From NCBI GenBank assembly GCA_964423795.1, contig CAYRGC010000005.1, positions 316-64,315 on the forward strand: DNA of 64,000 nucleotides, written 5' to 3'. Under the pieces are notes generated by a model, which saw nothing but the letters and a program-made list of their open reading frames with translations, made no database searches and had not been told where the DNA came from. The DNA comes from an uncultured Candidatus Peribacteria bacterium. GTDB lineage: Bacteria > Patescibacteriota > Gracilibacteria > Peribacterales > Peribacteraceae. Both the position numbers and the translations under genes were made by a program. Shown one piece after another: positions 40,484 to 48,840 of the stretch (positions are counted from its first letter, which is position 1; every line of letters starts with the position of its first letter).

Positions 40484-41059
40484 TCAAGGACGGGATTTTC
40501 GCCTTCCGCCCGGTGTTTTCTTCCCGTTCGCGCTCGACTTCCTCATTCGCGAAACGGATGTCGCCAGCAACCGCGCGACGAGGATCAAGAGGGCGAGGAT
40601 GCCGAGCTTCGCCGGCAGGAAGACCTTGTCCCCGGAAACGTAGGGCTCGATCATAAACTGCGCGTCGCCGAAGCGATTCTCGACGAGAACGTCGATGACG
40701 TTGTCGCCGGAGCGCAGCGCGCGACCCAGGGGCAAAACCCCCTCCTTCGCGCACGACTCGAACGGCTCGAGATTGACCGTCTTGCCGTTGAGGCGGAAGT
40801 CGACCAGGCAATCGTCCACGGCGATGCGATAAAGAACGGGATGGATCGCCGGAAGCGTCATCACGAGGTGCACCTTCACCTGCGAGGACGCGTTCACGAG
40901 ATACAGAGGCAGTCTTCCCTTGGTATCGATGCGCCCCTGATTGTACGTCAGACTGACCGCTGGACGCGCGAGCAACCAGAGCCCCTGCGAGAGGATCGCG
41001 ACCGCAGCAACGAAAATCGGCAGTGCGCGGAGGCGCTCAGCCGGCTTGACGGACGCCAT
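40484..41059 (-). CDS. hypothetical bitopic membrane protein
   Basis: The preferred start is MASVKPAERLRALPIFVAAVAILSQGLWLL (ATG 41059). A C-terminal TM segment is followed by a basic tail. It overlaps the upstream gene by 23 nt. Confidence 0.5.
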   Translation of the reverse strand: MASVKPAERLRALPIFVAAVAILSQGLWLLARPAVSLTYNQGRIDTKGRLPLYLVNASSQVKVHLVMTLPAIHPVLYRIAVDDCLVDFRLNGKTVNLEPFESCAKEGVLPLGRALRSGDNVIDVLVENRFGDAQFMIEPYVSGDKVFLPAKLGILALLILVARLLATSVSRMRKSSANGKKTPGGRRKSRP

Positions 41060-41534
41060 AGAGGTTCCTGAGGAAGGAGTACGCGGACGCGACGACGCGC
41101 GCCTTGGGGCGGCAACGGTATTTTCCGTCCCGCTCTTCGAGCCAACGCTTGCGAACGAGAAGTTCGAGGCGGGAAGAGAACATCCATTCGAGGGGGTACC
41201 GGTCATCCAGCTCCGCATCGCTCAGCACGCCGCCCGCCTCCCAGAGCTCGCCGAGGATGCGCACGGAGAGGGAACGGTAGAGCCCGACGTACAGGTGAAG
41301 GTACGCGAGGACGAGGAAAGCGAAGAGCGGTATCCCGAAGCCGATCGCATCCGGCAGCGAGACCGCGGACGACGCGAGAACGAGAGCCGCGGCGGCAAAG
41401 AAGCAGGCGGCGGCGATCGCGACGAAGGCGAAGAGCCCCCTCATCGGGGTCGCGCGCCAGAGCAGCAGCTGCAAGAGGACGGTCGCGACGAAGGCGCAGC
41501 AGGGGATGCCGGCGAGGACGATGATCTCCTTCAT
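41037..41534 (-). CDS. hypothetical 3-TM protein with a C-terminal winged-helix-like domain (paralog 2)
   Basis: MKEIIVLAGIPCCAFVATVLLQLLLW.. The ATG overlaps the upstream stop in an ATGA arrangement (41534-41531). It is homologous to 41531..42034: YRSLSVRILGEL versus YRGFSHTLLTDV, and LELLVRKRWLEERDGKYR versus LRTMEQAGLIRREEDRWT. Confidence 0.55.
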   Translation of the reverse strand: MKEIIVLAGIPCCAFVATVLLQLLLWRATPMRGLFAFVAIAAACFFAAAALVLASSAVSLPDAIGFGIPLFAFLVLAYLHLYVGLYRSLSVRILGELWEAGGVLSDAELDDRYPLEWMFSSRLELLVRKRWLEERDGKYRCRPKARVVASAYSFLRNLYGVRQAG

Positions 41535-42034
41535 CCTCCTTTTCCCAAACGGAACGTATTCTTGAAAAGAACGCCGAACTTGGCGCCGCGCTCGGCGGAC
41601 GGAAGGAGAGTCCACCGATCCTCTTCCCGGCGGATGAGCCCCGCCTGTTCCATGGTGCGCAGGCGTCGCGCGAGCATTTCTTCCTTGCCGGTCCCCTCCG
41701 CGAATTCGCGCAGGATGTCTTCGACCGTCACCTCGCCCAAGCGATGCACGTCGGTGAGCAGCGTGTGCGAGAAGCCCCGATACGTCTTGAACATCAGCTC
41801 CATGTACCCGAGCGTCAGGAAGCCGAAGAGGAACGCGCCCGCGAGCGCGGCCTTCACCGGCGCTTCCGTCGCCACGCACGCCAGGACGTACCCTAGGAAC
41901 CCCGCGGCGAAGGCGAGAGCCAGCATCCGCATCATCCTCGACGGAACGGGGCGCGCGCGCATGACGAGCAGGTGCGCCAGGCCGGCGAAGGCGGCGGAAG
42001 CGAAGGCCATCAGATGGACGACGACGTATTCCAT
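41531..42034 (-). CDS. hypothetical 3-TM protein with a C-terminal winged-helix-like domain (paralog 1)
   Basis: 167-aa ORF. Its start lies 3 nt after the stop of the GT-C-like gene. Confidence 0.55.
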   Translation of the reverse strand: MEYVVVHLMAFASAAFAGLAHLLVMRARPVPSRMMRMLALAFAAGFLGYVLACVATEAPVKAALAGAFLFGFLTLGYMELMFKTYRGFSHTLLTDVHRLGEVTVEDILREFAEGTGKEEMLARRLRTMEQAGLIRREEDRWTLLPSAERGAKFGVLFKNTFRLGKGG

Positions 42035-42037
42035 GCG

Positions 42038-43663
42038 TCAGGGGGCCTGGAAAGCATAGACGTCGACGGCGTATCCGTCGGAGCGGTACGTCCTTTTCCA
42101 AAGCTGGGTGTACTGCGACTGCAGCGTCTCGAGCATCGGCTGGTTCCGGAAGAAGGGATAGGCGAGGAAATAGAGGGGTTCCCCCTTGGCGATCGGACCG
42201 AGTATCCAGGGCGACACCTCGTTGAGCGATTGGAAGTATCGCAGATGGCACGCGTTCTCCCGGCGCTTGGTCGGCTGATGCGTGTCGCAATCGACGGTCG
42301 GCAGCTCGAAGATCGCGTTTTTACCCACGACGAGCGGCGTATGAGGCGTCGGCTTGATATCGGCGAAAATCTTGCGGGTCAGGTCGTCGAGGCGGGTGAA
42401 TTCCAGGTTATACGTCATCTCGTCACGGCGTTGCGTGCCGAAGAACGAGATCATGTCGAGCAGGTCATGATCGCCGAACGGAAACGTCCCGAAGGCGCCT
42501 CGGGACACCGGATCGACCGTGCGAAAGCAGGAAACGACGAAGAGCAGGACCACCCCCCAAAGAACGCCGGCGCGGACGAGCCTCGAACGGAAGAGTCTCA
42601 CCGCCGAAAAGCAGGCGCAGAGGATGAGCGGCGGATAGGCGGCGAGCACGTACCGCGTGTTGTTCCAGGGTCGTACGCGCGTGGTGAGATAGACCGTGCC
42701 CAGGAGCAGGAAAATGGCGAACAGCACGTCCTTGTTTTTCAGTTTTTTCGCGTCCCCGACGGACGGCGCGAGCCATGCCTGCGACACGAGCCAATGGAGG
42801 GATCCCGCGATGAGCAGGAGCAGCAGGATCCAGTGGAAGTTGAGAACGAAGATGTCGATCAAAAACGCCTTCATGCTGTTCGTGGGCGCCACATCGAAGA
42901 GCAACGCGGCATAGGACGAGAGGTCCTTCGCTCCGCCGTCCTTCCAGTACAGGGATCCCCCGACGCTGAACTGCACCCAGAGCAGGAAAGCGATGAGCGC
43001 CTCGACGGGGATCAGGAACGCGGGGCTCGCGCGCAGATAGCTCCAGGCGTTGCGGCGGACGGATTTGCGCGGCTCCCATACCTCGAACGCGGCGTACAGG
43101 ACGGCGGTGAGGACGAGCACGCCGATGCCGGTCTCCTTCGAGAGGACCATGGCCGCGAAAGGCAGTGCCGCCGCGCCGAAGCGCTTCGCGAAGAGCAGGT
43201 CGAGACCGATGACCCAGAAGAAGACCATCGGCGTGTCCAGATTGATATGGAAGATGTGCGCGACCGCCACGGGAGTGAGGATGAGCATCGCCGCGGCGAG
43301 CGGGGGCATCCACGGATCATCCGTCCGCAGGAGCCGTCGGACGAGCCGCGCGAAGGAAATCCCCGCGGCGCAACCGAGGGCGATGTTGAACAGGTACACG
43401 AGCGCGACATTGCCGTAATCGAGCGCCTGCAGCGCGCCCACGAGAAGCAGGTACGCCGGCGCCCCGTGCGCCGCGCAGCGGAAGTTGGCGATGTCGAAGG
43501 ATTTCTCGATGGCTTCCGTGGCGCACTTCAAGTAGGCGCCGCCATCCCAAAACGGAATGAAGCCGATGTGCGGCAACGTGACCGCCGCATACGCGCCGAG
43601 GACGAGGAGGAGACGCCAATGCTGAGAAAGCAAGCGCGGGATAGCCGCCTTGTATCGGTCCAT
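42038..43663 (-). CDS. polytopic membrane protein, GT-C-fold glycosyltransferase-like (ArnT/PMT_2-like)
   Basis: 541 aa, with about 11 predicted hydrophobic helices and then a soluble C-terminal domain. The N-terminal loop IGFIPFWDGGAY resembles GT-C first-loop acidic motifs. The assignment is by architecture only. Confidence 0.6.
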   Translation of the reverse strand: MDRYKAAIPRLLSQHWRLLLVLGAYAAVTLPHIGFIPFWDGGAYLKCATEAIEKSFDIANFRCAAHGAPAYLLLVGALQALDYGNVALVYLFNIALGCAAGISFARLVRRLLRTDDPWMPPLAAAMLILTPVAVAHIFHINLDTPMVFFWVIGLDLLFAKRFGAAALPFAAMVLSKETGIGVLVLTAVLYAAFEVWEPRKSVRRNAWSYLRASPAFLIPVEALIAFLLWVQFSVGGSLYWKDGGAKDLSSYAALLFDVAPTNSMKAFLIDIFVLNFHWILLLLLIAGSLHWLVSQAWLAPSVGDAKKLKNKDVLFAIFLLLGTVYLTTRVRPWNNTRYVLAAYPPLILCACFSAVRLFRSRLVRAGVLWGVVLLFVVSCFRTVDPVSRGAFGTFPFGDHDLLDMISFFGTQRRDEMTYNLEFTRLDDLTRKIFADIKPTPHTPLVVGKNAIFELPTVDCDTHQPTKRRENACHLRYFQSLNEVSPWILGPIAKGEPLYFLAYPFFRNQPMLETLQSQYTQLWKRTYRSDGYAVDVYAFQAP

Positions 43664-43792
43664 CGGAACGATACTTTACAGCTTGGGGATACGACTTCGG
43701 GTTGACGCCGCCTCGAACGAGGGGTGGGAGGGACGAAGCCGCCGAAGGGGTGCCAAGGGCGCGGGCAACGGGTACAATGGGCAGCCCGGCCC

Positions 43793-45425
43793 ATGACAAG
43801 CAAACCGTCCGGTTTCGGCATGGAATTGCACGCCGCGTTCGCACAGGAACAGCAGCAGTTGCAACAGATGAGCCGGCATCAAGCGGTTCCCAAAAACAAA
43901 TTCGCCAAACACCGCTTCGAGCTCTTCGCGGAAGGACCGCTCGAACGGCGGCTGCGCGAGGGCGCGACGGACGACGTCGTGCAGAAAGCCATACGCGATT
44001 TCATCAAGCGCGTGCGCGACGTCGCCGATCCCGACGACTATTTCTTCGACGAGCCGACGCATCGCAAGTACCTGGAGCAGCGTCAGCGCGGCGAACGGGC
44101 GGGCGGCGCGTGCCTCAACCACGCGTCGCTCGCGCTCGAGCAGCCCGACGTCATGCGGGCGGCGAACAACGCCACCGAGATCGAGCGGTTCGCGCTCAGA
44201 AAGGAAGCGGAGATGGCGCACATGCTTACCGAGCAGGTGCACGTCAGCTCCGGGAACGCCTGTCCGTCCTATTCGGCATCCCTCCCCACTGGTTCGCGCT
44301 CACGCGCAACGCCGGCGAGGCGTCGCTGCTCGCCGCGACGCTCTCGGGAATGCACTCGCGCCGCGGCGACGTCTCCACGCCCGCGTTCGCGGACGGCACG
44401 CACATCAGCACCATACTCAACATGCTGCTCGTGGGCGACGCGGGCAACGTGGGAGGACGCGATCCCTGGAGCGCGTACGCCAGCCATTTCCAGCCCCGCG
44501 ACCACGCCGGGATCGGCCGATGGCTGGGCCAGAACGGCTTCCTCGTGTTCGGCGCGCGCGGCAAGAAGCCAGCGAGGATCCAGGAGGAAATCCAGCGACA
44601 AGTCCTCGGTACGCCGAGCCGCCACGTCGTCCTCACGCACGTGAACCGCGCGACCGGCGAAGAGTTGCCCGTCCGCTCCTTGGGTCAATACATCAAGAAG
44701 GAAGGCGGCCTGGACTACCGCGTCATCGTCGACGGAGCCATGGCCATGGGAAACATCGACGTCGATCTCGGCGGACTCATGGCCGGCGACGCCGGCACCA
44801 AGAGCGTGGACTACTACATCGGCGCCCTGCACAAGGCCATGGGATGCCCCACGGTGGGCGTGCTGGCATTCGACGCGCGAACGCTGGTGGATTCGCCGGG
44901 ATTCGATCAGCTGCGCAAGGCCCACGTGCACAGGAACCTGCCGGTGCTCCGCGGCATGTTCGATCCGTCGCTGAAGATCCAACCCACGACGGAAGACGCC
45001 ATCGGCCTGGGCGACCTGTGGGGAGCGCTCCAATCGATCGATAAGAAAAGGGATTGATTACTGATCACGAACGCCCCCGACAAGCCCACGATGACCGTGC
45101 GCCGCATGGCGGAGGAACGCCAACCCCTCAAAGACTTCTTCCTGCAGCAACTCCGGAGCGAACTTTTGGGATCCCCGCAGGTCATCATGCAAGCGTTCCC
45201 GCTGAAGATGCCCGCAACGCCGTTCATCCACGCGTTCCGCCTTCCGGAAATCGACATGCGCGCCTACGTCGAGGAACTGAGCAAGCGCAGGATCTTCTGT
45301 ACGTACATCGCGAGCCTGGACGCCGTGCGCGTTTCCTTCGATCAGGAACAAAAAAATCCGAACTCTCGCTCGCGGCGAAAGTCATGGCGGATGAAGCCCG
45401 GGAAGCCCTCAGGAGAGCCACTTGA
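43793..45425 (+). pseudogene. class V (cysteine desulfurase / isopenicillin-N-epimerase-like) aminotransferase, disrupted at three points
   Basis: Segment 1 (43793 to ~44235, track ORF 43724..44644) carries ..ACLNHASLALEQPDVMRAA... Segment 2 is in another frame (track ORF 43702..45057): ARQLRERLSVLFGIPPHWFALTRNAGEA.. ..DGAMAMGNIDVDL.., ending at the TGA at 45055-45057. The same frame continues with ..FIHAFRLPEIDMRAYVEELSKRRIFCTYIASLDAVRVSFDQEQ. After an A7 run (45350-45356) the plausible C-terminus SELSLAAKVMADEAREALRRAT* is in a third frame, with its stop at 45423-45425. Confidence 0.7.
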
Positions 45426-46446
45426 GCAGCCGGATCACTCCCATCTTCGCCGGCTGGCGATGCGCGGGCACATCGTCGCCCCGCTTCAGCGTGGCGCGAT
45501 GCTCGCGGTAGAACCCGTATGCTTTCCACAGCATGTCCTGGTTGGTCAGGGTGGGCTTCCACCCGAGGACGGATTTGATCTTGGACGTGTCGAAGACGAA
45601 GTCCTCGGCGATCATCTTGTATTGGTACGGGCCCAGCGGGGAAAGGCCGAGACGGTACGCGAGCCGCATGGCGGGGAGCACGAACGGCGCCGGCAGCGAT
45701 GCGACGCGCGCGCCCGTTCCCGCGCGCCGGCACACGGACTCGTACAGCGCCCGGAAGCTCGGGACGTCGTCGGAACCGATGTGGAACACTTCCGATCCTT
45801 TCCGCTCGTAGCAGCGCACGCAGGCCTCCGCGAGGTCCTCGGCGTAGATGAACTGGTAGACGTTCTTCCCGCCGCCCACGACCCAGACCTTCCGCCCCTC
45901 GTCGATGAACTCGAAGAGGATGGAAAGAAGCCCGAGACGACCGCTGTCGATGATCGTGCAGCAGCGGAGGATATCGACGTCGACGGCACTCTCGTACGAC
46001 CGGAGGACGTTCTCGCCTTCCAGCTTGGACCTGCCGTAGATCTCGACCGGACACGGTTCGTCGTCCTCGCGGACGGGACGGCCCATGGCGCGTCCCCAGA
46101 GGCAGTTGCTCGAGGTGAAGACGATCTTCCGCACGCCGTACTTCTTCGCGGCTTCCGCGATGTTCCGCGTGCCGTCGACGTTGCTCGTCCAGAGGAAGCC
46201 CTTGTCCCGCACCGCGTGGGCGAGCACCGCGGCGCAGTGGAACACGCCGTCGAACTTCCCCTCGGCGAACACGCGGTCGAGCAGCGCGGCATCGCGGATA
46301 TCGCCACGGACCGACCGGAGGTTTTGGTGACGGTCCTCGTCCTCGCACAGATCGACGCTGACGCAGGAAAAGCCGCGACGCAGAAGCTCGCGCTTGAGGA
46401 TTCCGCCGAAGAAACCGGATCCGCCGGTAACGAGAACGGATGGCAT
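45409..46446 (-). CDS. NAD-dependent epimerase/dehydratase (extended SDR)
   Basis: MPSVLVTGGSGFFGG (Rossmann GxxGxxG) and the YGRSK (YxxxK) active site. The ATG at 46446 is preferred. Confidence 0.87.
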   Translation of the reverse strand: MPSVLVTGGSGFFGGILKRELLRRGFSCVSVDLCEDEDRHQNLRSVRGDIRDAALLDRVFAEGKFDGVFHCAAVLAHAVRDKGFLWTSNVDGTRNIAEAAKKYGVRKIVFTSSNCLWGRAMGRPVREDDEPCPVEIYGRSKLEGENVLRSYESAVDVDILRCCTIIDSGRLGLLSILFEFIDEGRKVWVVGGGKNVYQFIYAEDLAEACVRCYERKGSEVFHIGSDDVPSFRALYESVCRRAGTGARVASLPAPFVLPAMRLAYRLGLSPLGPYQYKMIAEDFVFDTSKIKSVLGWKPTLTNQDMLWKAYGFYREHRATLKRGDDVPAHRQPAKMGVIRLLKWLS

Positions 46447-46496
46447 CCGGCTCTCCTTATACCACGGGGAATCCGGCATCCATACATCATGATGAT

Positions 46497-46618
46497 TGGC
46501 AGGCGCGGCAGGGATCCCTTCGTCTCGTTCGCCTATCGGCTCACTCGCTCAGGGTAAACTTCCCACTGTCAGCAAATCATTGTTCATTAACGATTGTCAT
46601 CCTGAGCCTGACGAAGGA
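46497..46618. repeat. duplicate of the tRNA-Trp 3' end plus two family-A motifs
   Basis: tggcaggcgcggcagggatc at 46497-46516 is identical to 46619-46638, the 3' 20 nt of the tRNA on the minus strand. Between them lie cccttcgtctcgttcgcctatcggctcactcgctcagggt (46516-46555) and gtcatcctgagcctgacgaaggatg (46596-46620). Confidence 0.8.
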
Positions 46619-46694
46619 TGGCAGGCGCGGCAGGGATCGAACCCGCGACCCTCGGTTTTGGAGACCGATGCTCTACCAGCTGAGCTACGCGCCT
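46619..46694 (-). tRNA. tRNA-Trp (anticodon CCA), CCA encoded
   Basis: Minus strand: AGGCGCG ta GCTC agctggta GAGC a TCGGT ctCCAaa ACCGA gggtc GCGGG ttcgatc CCTGC CGCGCCT g cca. Confidence 0.95.
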
Positions 46695-46809
46695 ACACGA
46701 GGAATGAATGACCGATGCGACTCCGCCCGCTAAAACCACGGGCAAGGCCGGGCGAAATGGTACGGCAGACGGGAATCCATGGAAAGCGGGTTTGTGCCAT
46801 ACTTGAGCG

Positions 46810-48750
46810 GTGAAGATCCTCGAACATCGCTGGTATTGGGCCCTGGCGGCTCTTCTCTCGATCCCCCTCGCCGCGTACCTGGCGTTCGGCCGCTCGCTCA
46901 TCCTCGGCTTCGCGCCGATCGACGACATCCTGCTTGTGACCCAGAACCTCGCGGCGCACGGCCTTTCCTGGGAGCACCTCAAGCTCGCCTTCACGACGTA
47001 CGATCCGGAGCTCTATATTCCGCTCACGCTCGCGAGCTTCCAGGTCGATTTCTCGCTCGGGGGACTGATGCCGCACCAGTTCCACCTGACGAACCTGCTC
47101 CTGCACGCGTGCAACGGCGTCCTCGCGGCGCTGCTCCTCCGCAAGCTCACGGGTTCCCGGTGGGGGAGCGTGCTCGGCGGACTGCTCTTCGCTGTCCATC
47201 CGCTGCAGACGGAAGCGGTCGTGTGGATCGCGGGACGCAAGGATCTGCTCTTCGCGCTCTTCGCGCTGCTGTCGCTCCTCTTCTGGACGGATCGCGAGCG
47301 CGGATGGTGGCGGACCGCACTCTCCATCGGATTCCTCGCGCTGGCGCTCCTTGCGAAGGTGACGGCCGTGATCGTGCTTCCGCTGTGGGTGCTGATCGAT
47401 TGGTTTGTCGGAAGGCAGAAAAGGGAGAAGACGGAGAAAAGGGGAAAAAGGTGGTGGCAGCAAAAAATCAGCGACCTTTCGTCCCTTTTTTCCCTTTCAA
47501 ACCTTTTCTCCCTCTCGTCTCTCGCACCCCTCAGCGGCCTCGTACTCTGTACCATCTTCGGCCTCGTCTCTCTCGGCGGCAAGGAGCGCGTGCTCGGGTC
47601 GCAGCCGGTCTTCGAGATGCTCCTCACGGGCTTCCGGAGCGTATGGTTTTACGTCACGCAATTCGTCGCGCCGGTCTCCCTCTCGATCTCGCACGAGTGG
47701 GCGGGCGGCTTCTCGCCGACGCATCCCGCGCTCTGGGCGGGAACGCTGCTAACCGCCGGAGCGACGTGGCAGGCGTGGAGATGCCGCCAGCGCGCGCCGT
47801 GGGTGACGTTCGGCTGGCTCTTCTTCCTCATCGCGCTCGCGCCGACGTTTCTGGGCTCGCGGAAGGGCGGCATGCTGCTCTTCGCGGTCGACCGGTACGC
47901 GTACGTGCCGCTCCTCGGCCTCGTCTTCCTCGCCGCGGAGACGGGAAGGCGCGCGGCGGAGCGATGGAGCGCCGGGAAGATCGCGGCAGGAGCCGGACTC
48001 GCCGTCGTCGGGATAGCGATCCTACTGTCCCGCGCGCAGACGCGCACGTGGGACTCGCCCGAGAAGATCTTCGAGCAGGCGCTGCGCGTGACGCCCTCCT
48101 CGGTGGGATCCCGCGTGAGCCTCGCGAGCGTCATCCTCCAGAAAGGCGATACTGAGAAGGCGTTCGTCGTGCTCAAGGAAGGGCTCAAGTACGGGAAGGA
48201 CAAGGAGCTGAACCTTCTCGCCGGGCAGATCTACGCCAAGGCGGGGGACACCGCCTCGGCGCGCGAGCAGTTCGCGACCGTTCTCAACGAGGATCCGAAG
48301 AATCCCGACGCGCTCTTCGCCCTGGGCTCGCTCGACGAGCAGGAGCAGGATCACGACGCGGCGCTGGAGGAGTACCGCAAGGCCGTCGACGCCGATCCGT
48401 CGTACGTCTCCGCGCGTAACGGCATCGCGCGCATCAGCCTGCAACGGAACGACGACGCGACGGCGGAAGCGGAACTCGCGGCGGCGCTCCACTGGAACCC
48501 GAGCACCGGCGAAAGCCACCGCCTGCTCGGGCTGCATCTCGAGAAGAAGAAGGACTACGCCGGCGCGGAGGATCATTTGCGCAAGGCGATCGATTCGCGC
48601 GGAAAGTCCGTGGACCTGCTCCTCGCCCTCGCGGGCGTGCTCCACGCGCAAGGGAAAGACGCCGAGGCGAAGACAACGCTCGAGGAGGTGCTGCGGGCGG
48701 ATCCGCGGAACGGGGAGGCGAAGGAAATGATGAATTCCCTCCACCCCTAA
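46810..48750 (+). CDS. TMTC-like membrane protein: polytopic GT-C-type N-terminal domain plus C-terminal TPR repeats
   Basis: 646 aa with a GTG start. The N-terminal FAPIDDILLV and HLTNLLLHACNGVL are typical of DUF1736/PMT_2-TPR proteins. At least four TPR-like repeats lie in the last ~230 aa. The last 4 codons and the stop lie inside a family-C repeat. Confidence 0.8.
   Translation: MKILEHRWYWALAALLSIPLAAYLAFGRSLILGFAPIDDILLVTQNLAAHGLSWEHLKLAFTTYDPELYIPLTLASFQVDFSLGGLMPHQFHLTNLLLHACNGVLAALLLRKLTGSRWGSVLGGLLFAVHPLQTEAVVWIAGRKDLLFALFALLSLLFWTDRERGWWRTALSIGFLALALLAKVTAVIVLPLWVLIDWFVGRQKREKTEKRGKRWWQQKISDLSSLFSLSNLFSLSSLAPLSGLVLCTIFGLVSLGGKERVLGSQPVFEMLLTGFRSVWFYVTQFVAPVSLSISHEWAGGFSPTHPALWAGTLLTAGATWQAWRCRQRAPWVTFGWLFFLIALAPTFLGSRKGGMLLFAVDRYAYVPLLGLVFLAAETGRRAAERWSAGKIAAGAGLAVVGIAILLSRAQTRTWDSPEKIFEQALRVTPSSVGSRVSLASVILQKGDTEKAFVVLKEGLKYGKDKELNLLAGQIYAKAGDTASAREQFATVLNEDPKNPDALFALGSLDEQEQDHDAALEEYRKAVDADPSYVSARNGIARISLQRNDDATAEAELAAALHWNPSTGESHRLLGLHLEKKKDYAGAEDHLRKAIDSRGKSVDLLLALAGVLHAQGKDAEAKTTLEEVLRADPRNGEAKEMMNSLHP
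47418..47527. repeat. family-B periodic-arm palindrome (9-nt unit) inside the TMTC-like coding sequence
   Basis: The left arm is gaaaagggagaagacggagaaaaggggaaaaagg. The right arm is cctttcgtc ccttttttc cctttcaaa ccttttctc cctctcgtc tctcgcac. Complementary blocks include ggagaaaagg/ccttttctcc. The element is translated in frame as ..KREKTEKRGKRWWQQKISDLSSLFSLSNLFSLSSLAP.. Confidence 0.65.
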
Positions 48751-48774
48751 CCCCTCCTCCGAGGGAGGAGGGGA
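48738..48774. repeat. family-C element supplying the stop codon of the TMTC-like gene
   Basis: cctccacccctaa cccctcctcc gag ggaggagggg. The TAA at 48748-48750 is the gene's stop. Confidence 0.75.
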
Positions 48775-48801
48775 ACAGAGGAAAATGCTCTTTGCTGTTC
48801 T

Positions 48802-48840
48802 CCCCTTCCTCCCCTGGAGGAAGGGGCCGGGGGATGGAGG
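48802..48840. repeat. family-C element abutting the topA stop
   Basis: ccccttcctcc cct ggaggaagggg ccgggggatggagg. On the minus strand it reads TGA-CCTCCATCCCCC... Confidence 0.75.

Noticed and set aside
45055-45057. In-frame TGA as recoding (glycine-type code 25 or selenocysteine)
   Set aside because: TGA terminates several well-supported genes here at their expected ends (khpB, hsp20, topA, the LysM-M23 peptidase, the DHS-like gene). I saw no SECIS-like hairpin downstream. The same gene also carries two frameshifts, so pseudogenisation is the simpler reading.
45091-46557. 488-aa + strand ORF
   Set aside because: Its first ~85 codons are a fragment of the aminotransferase pseudogene. The remainder is the antisense shadow of the SDR epimerase gene.
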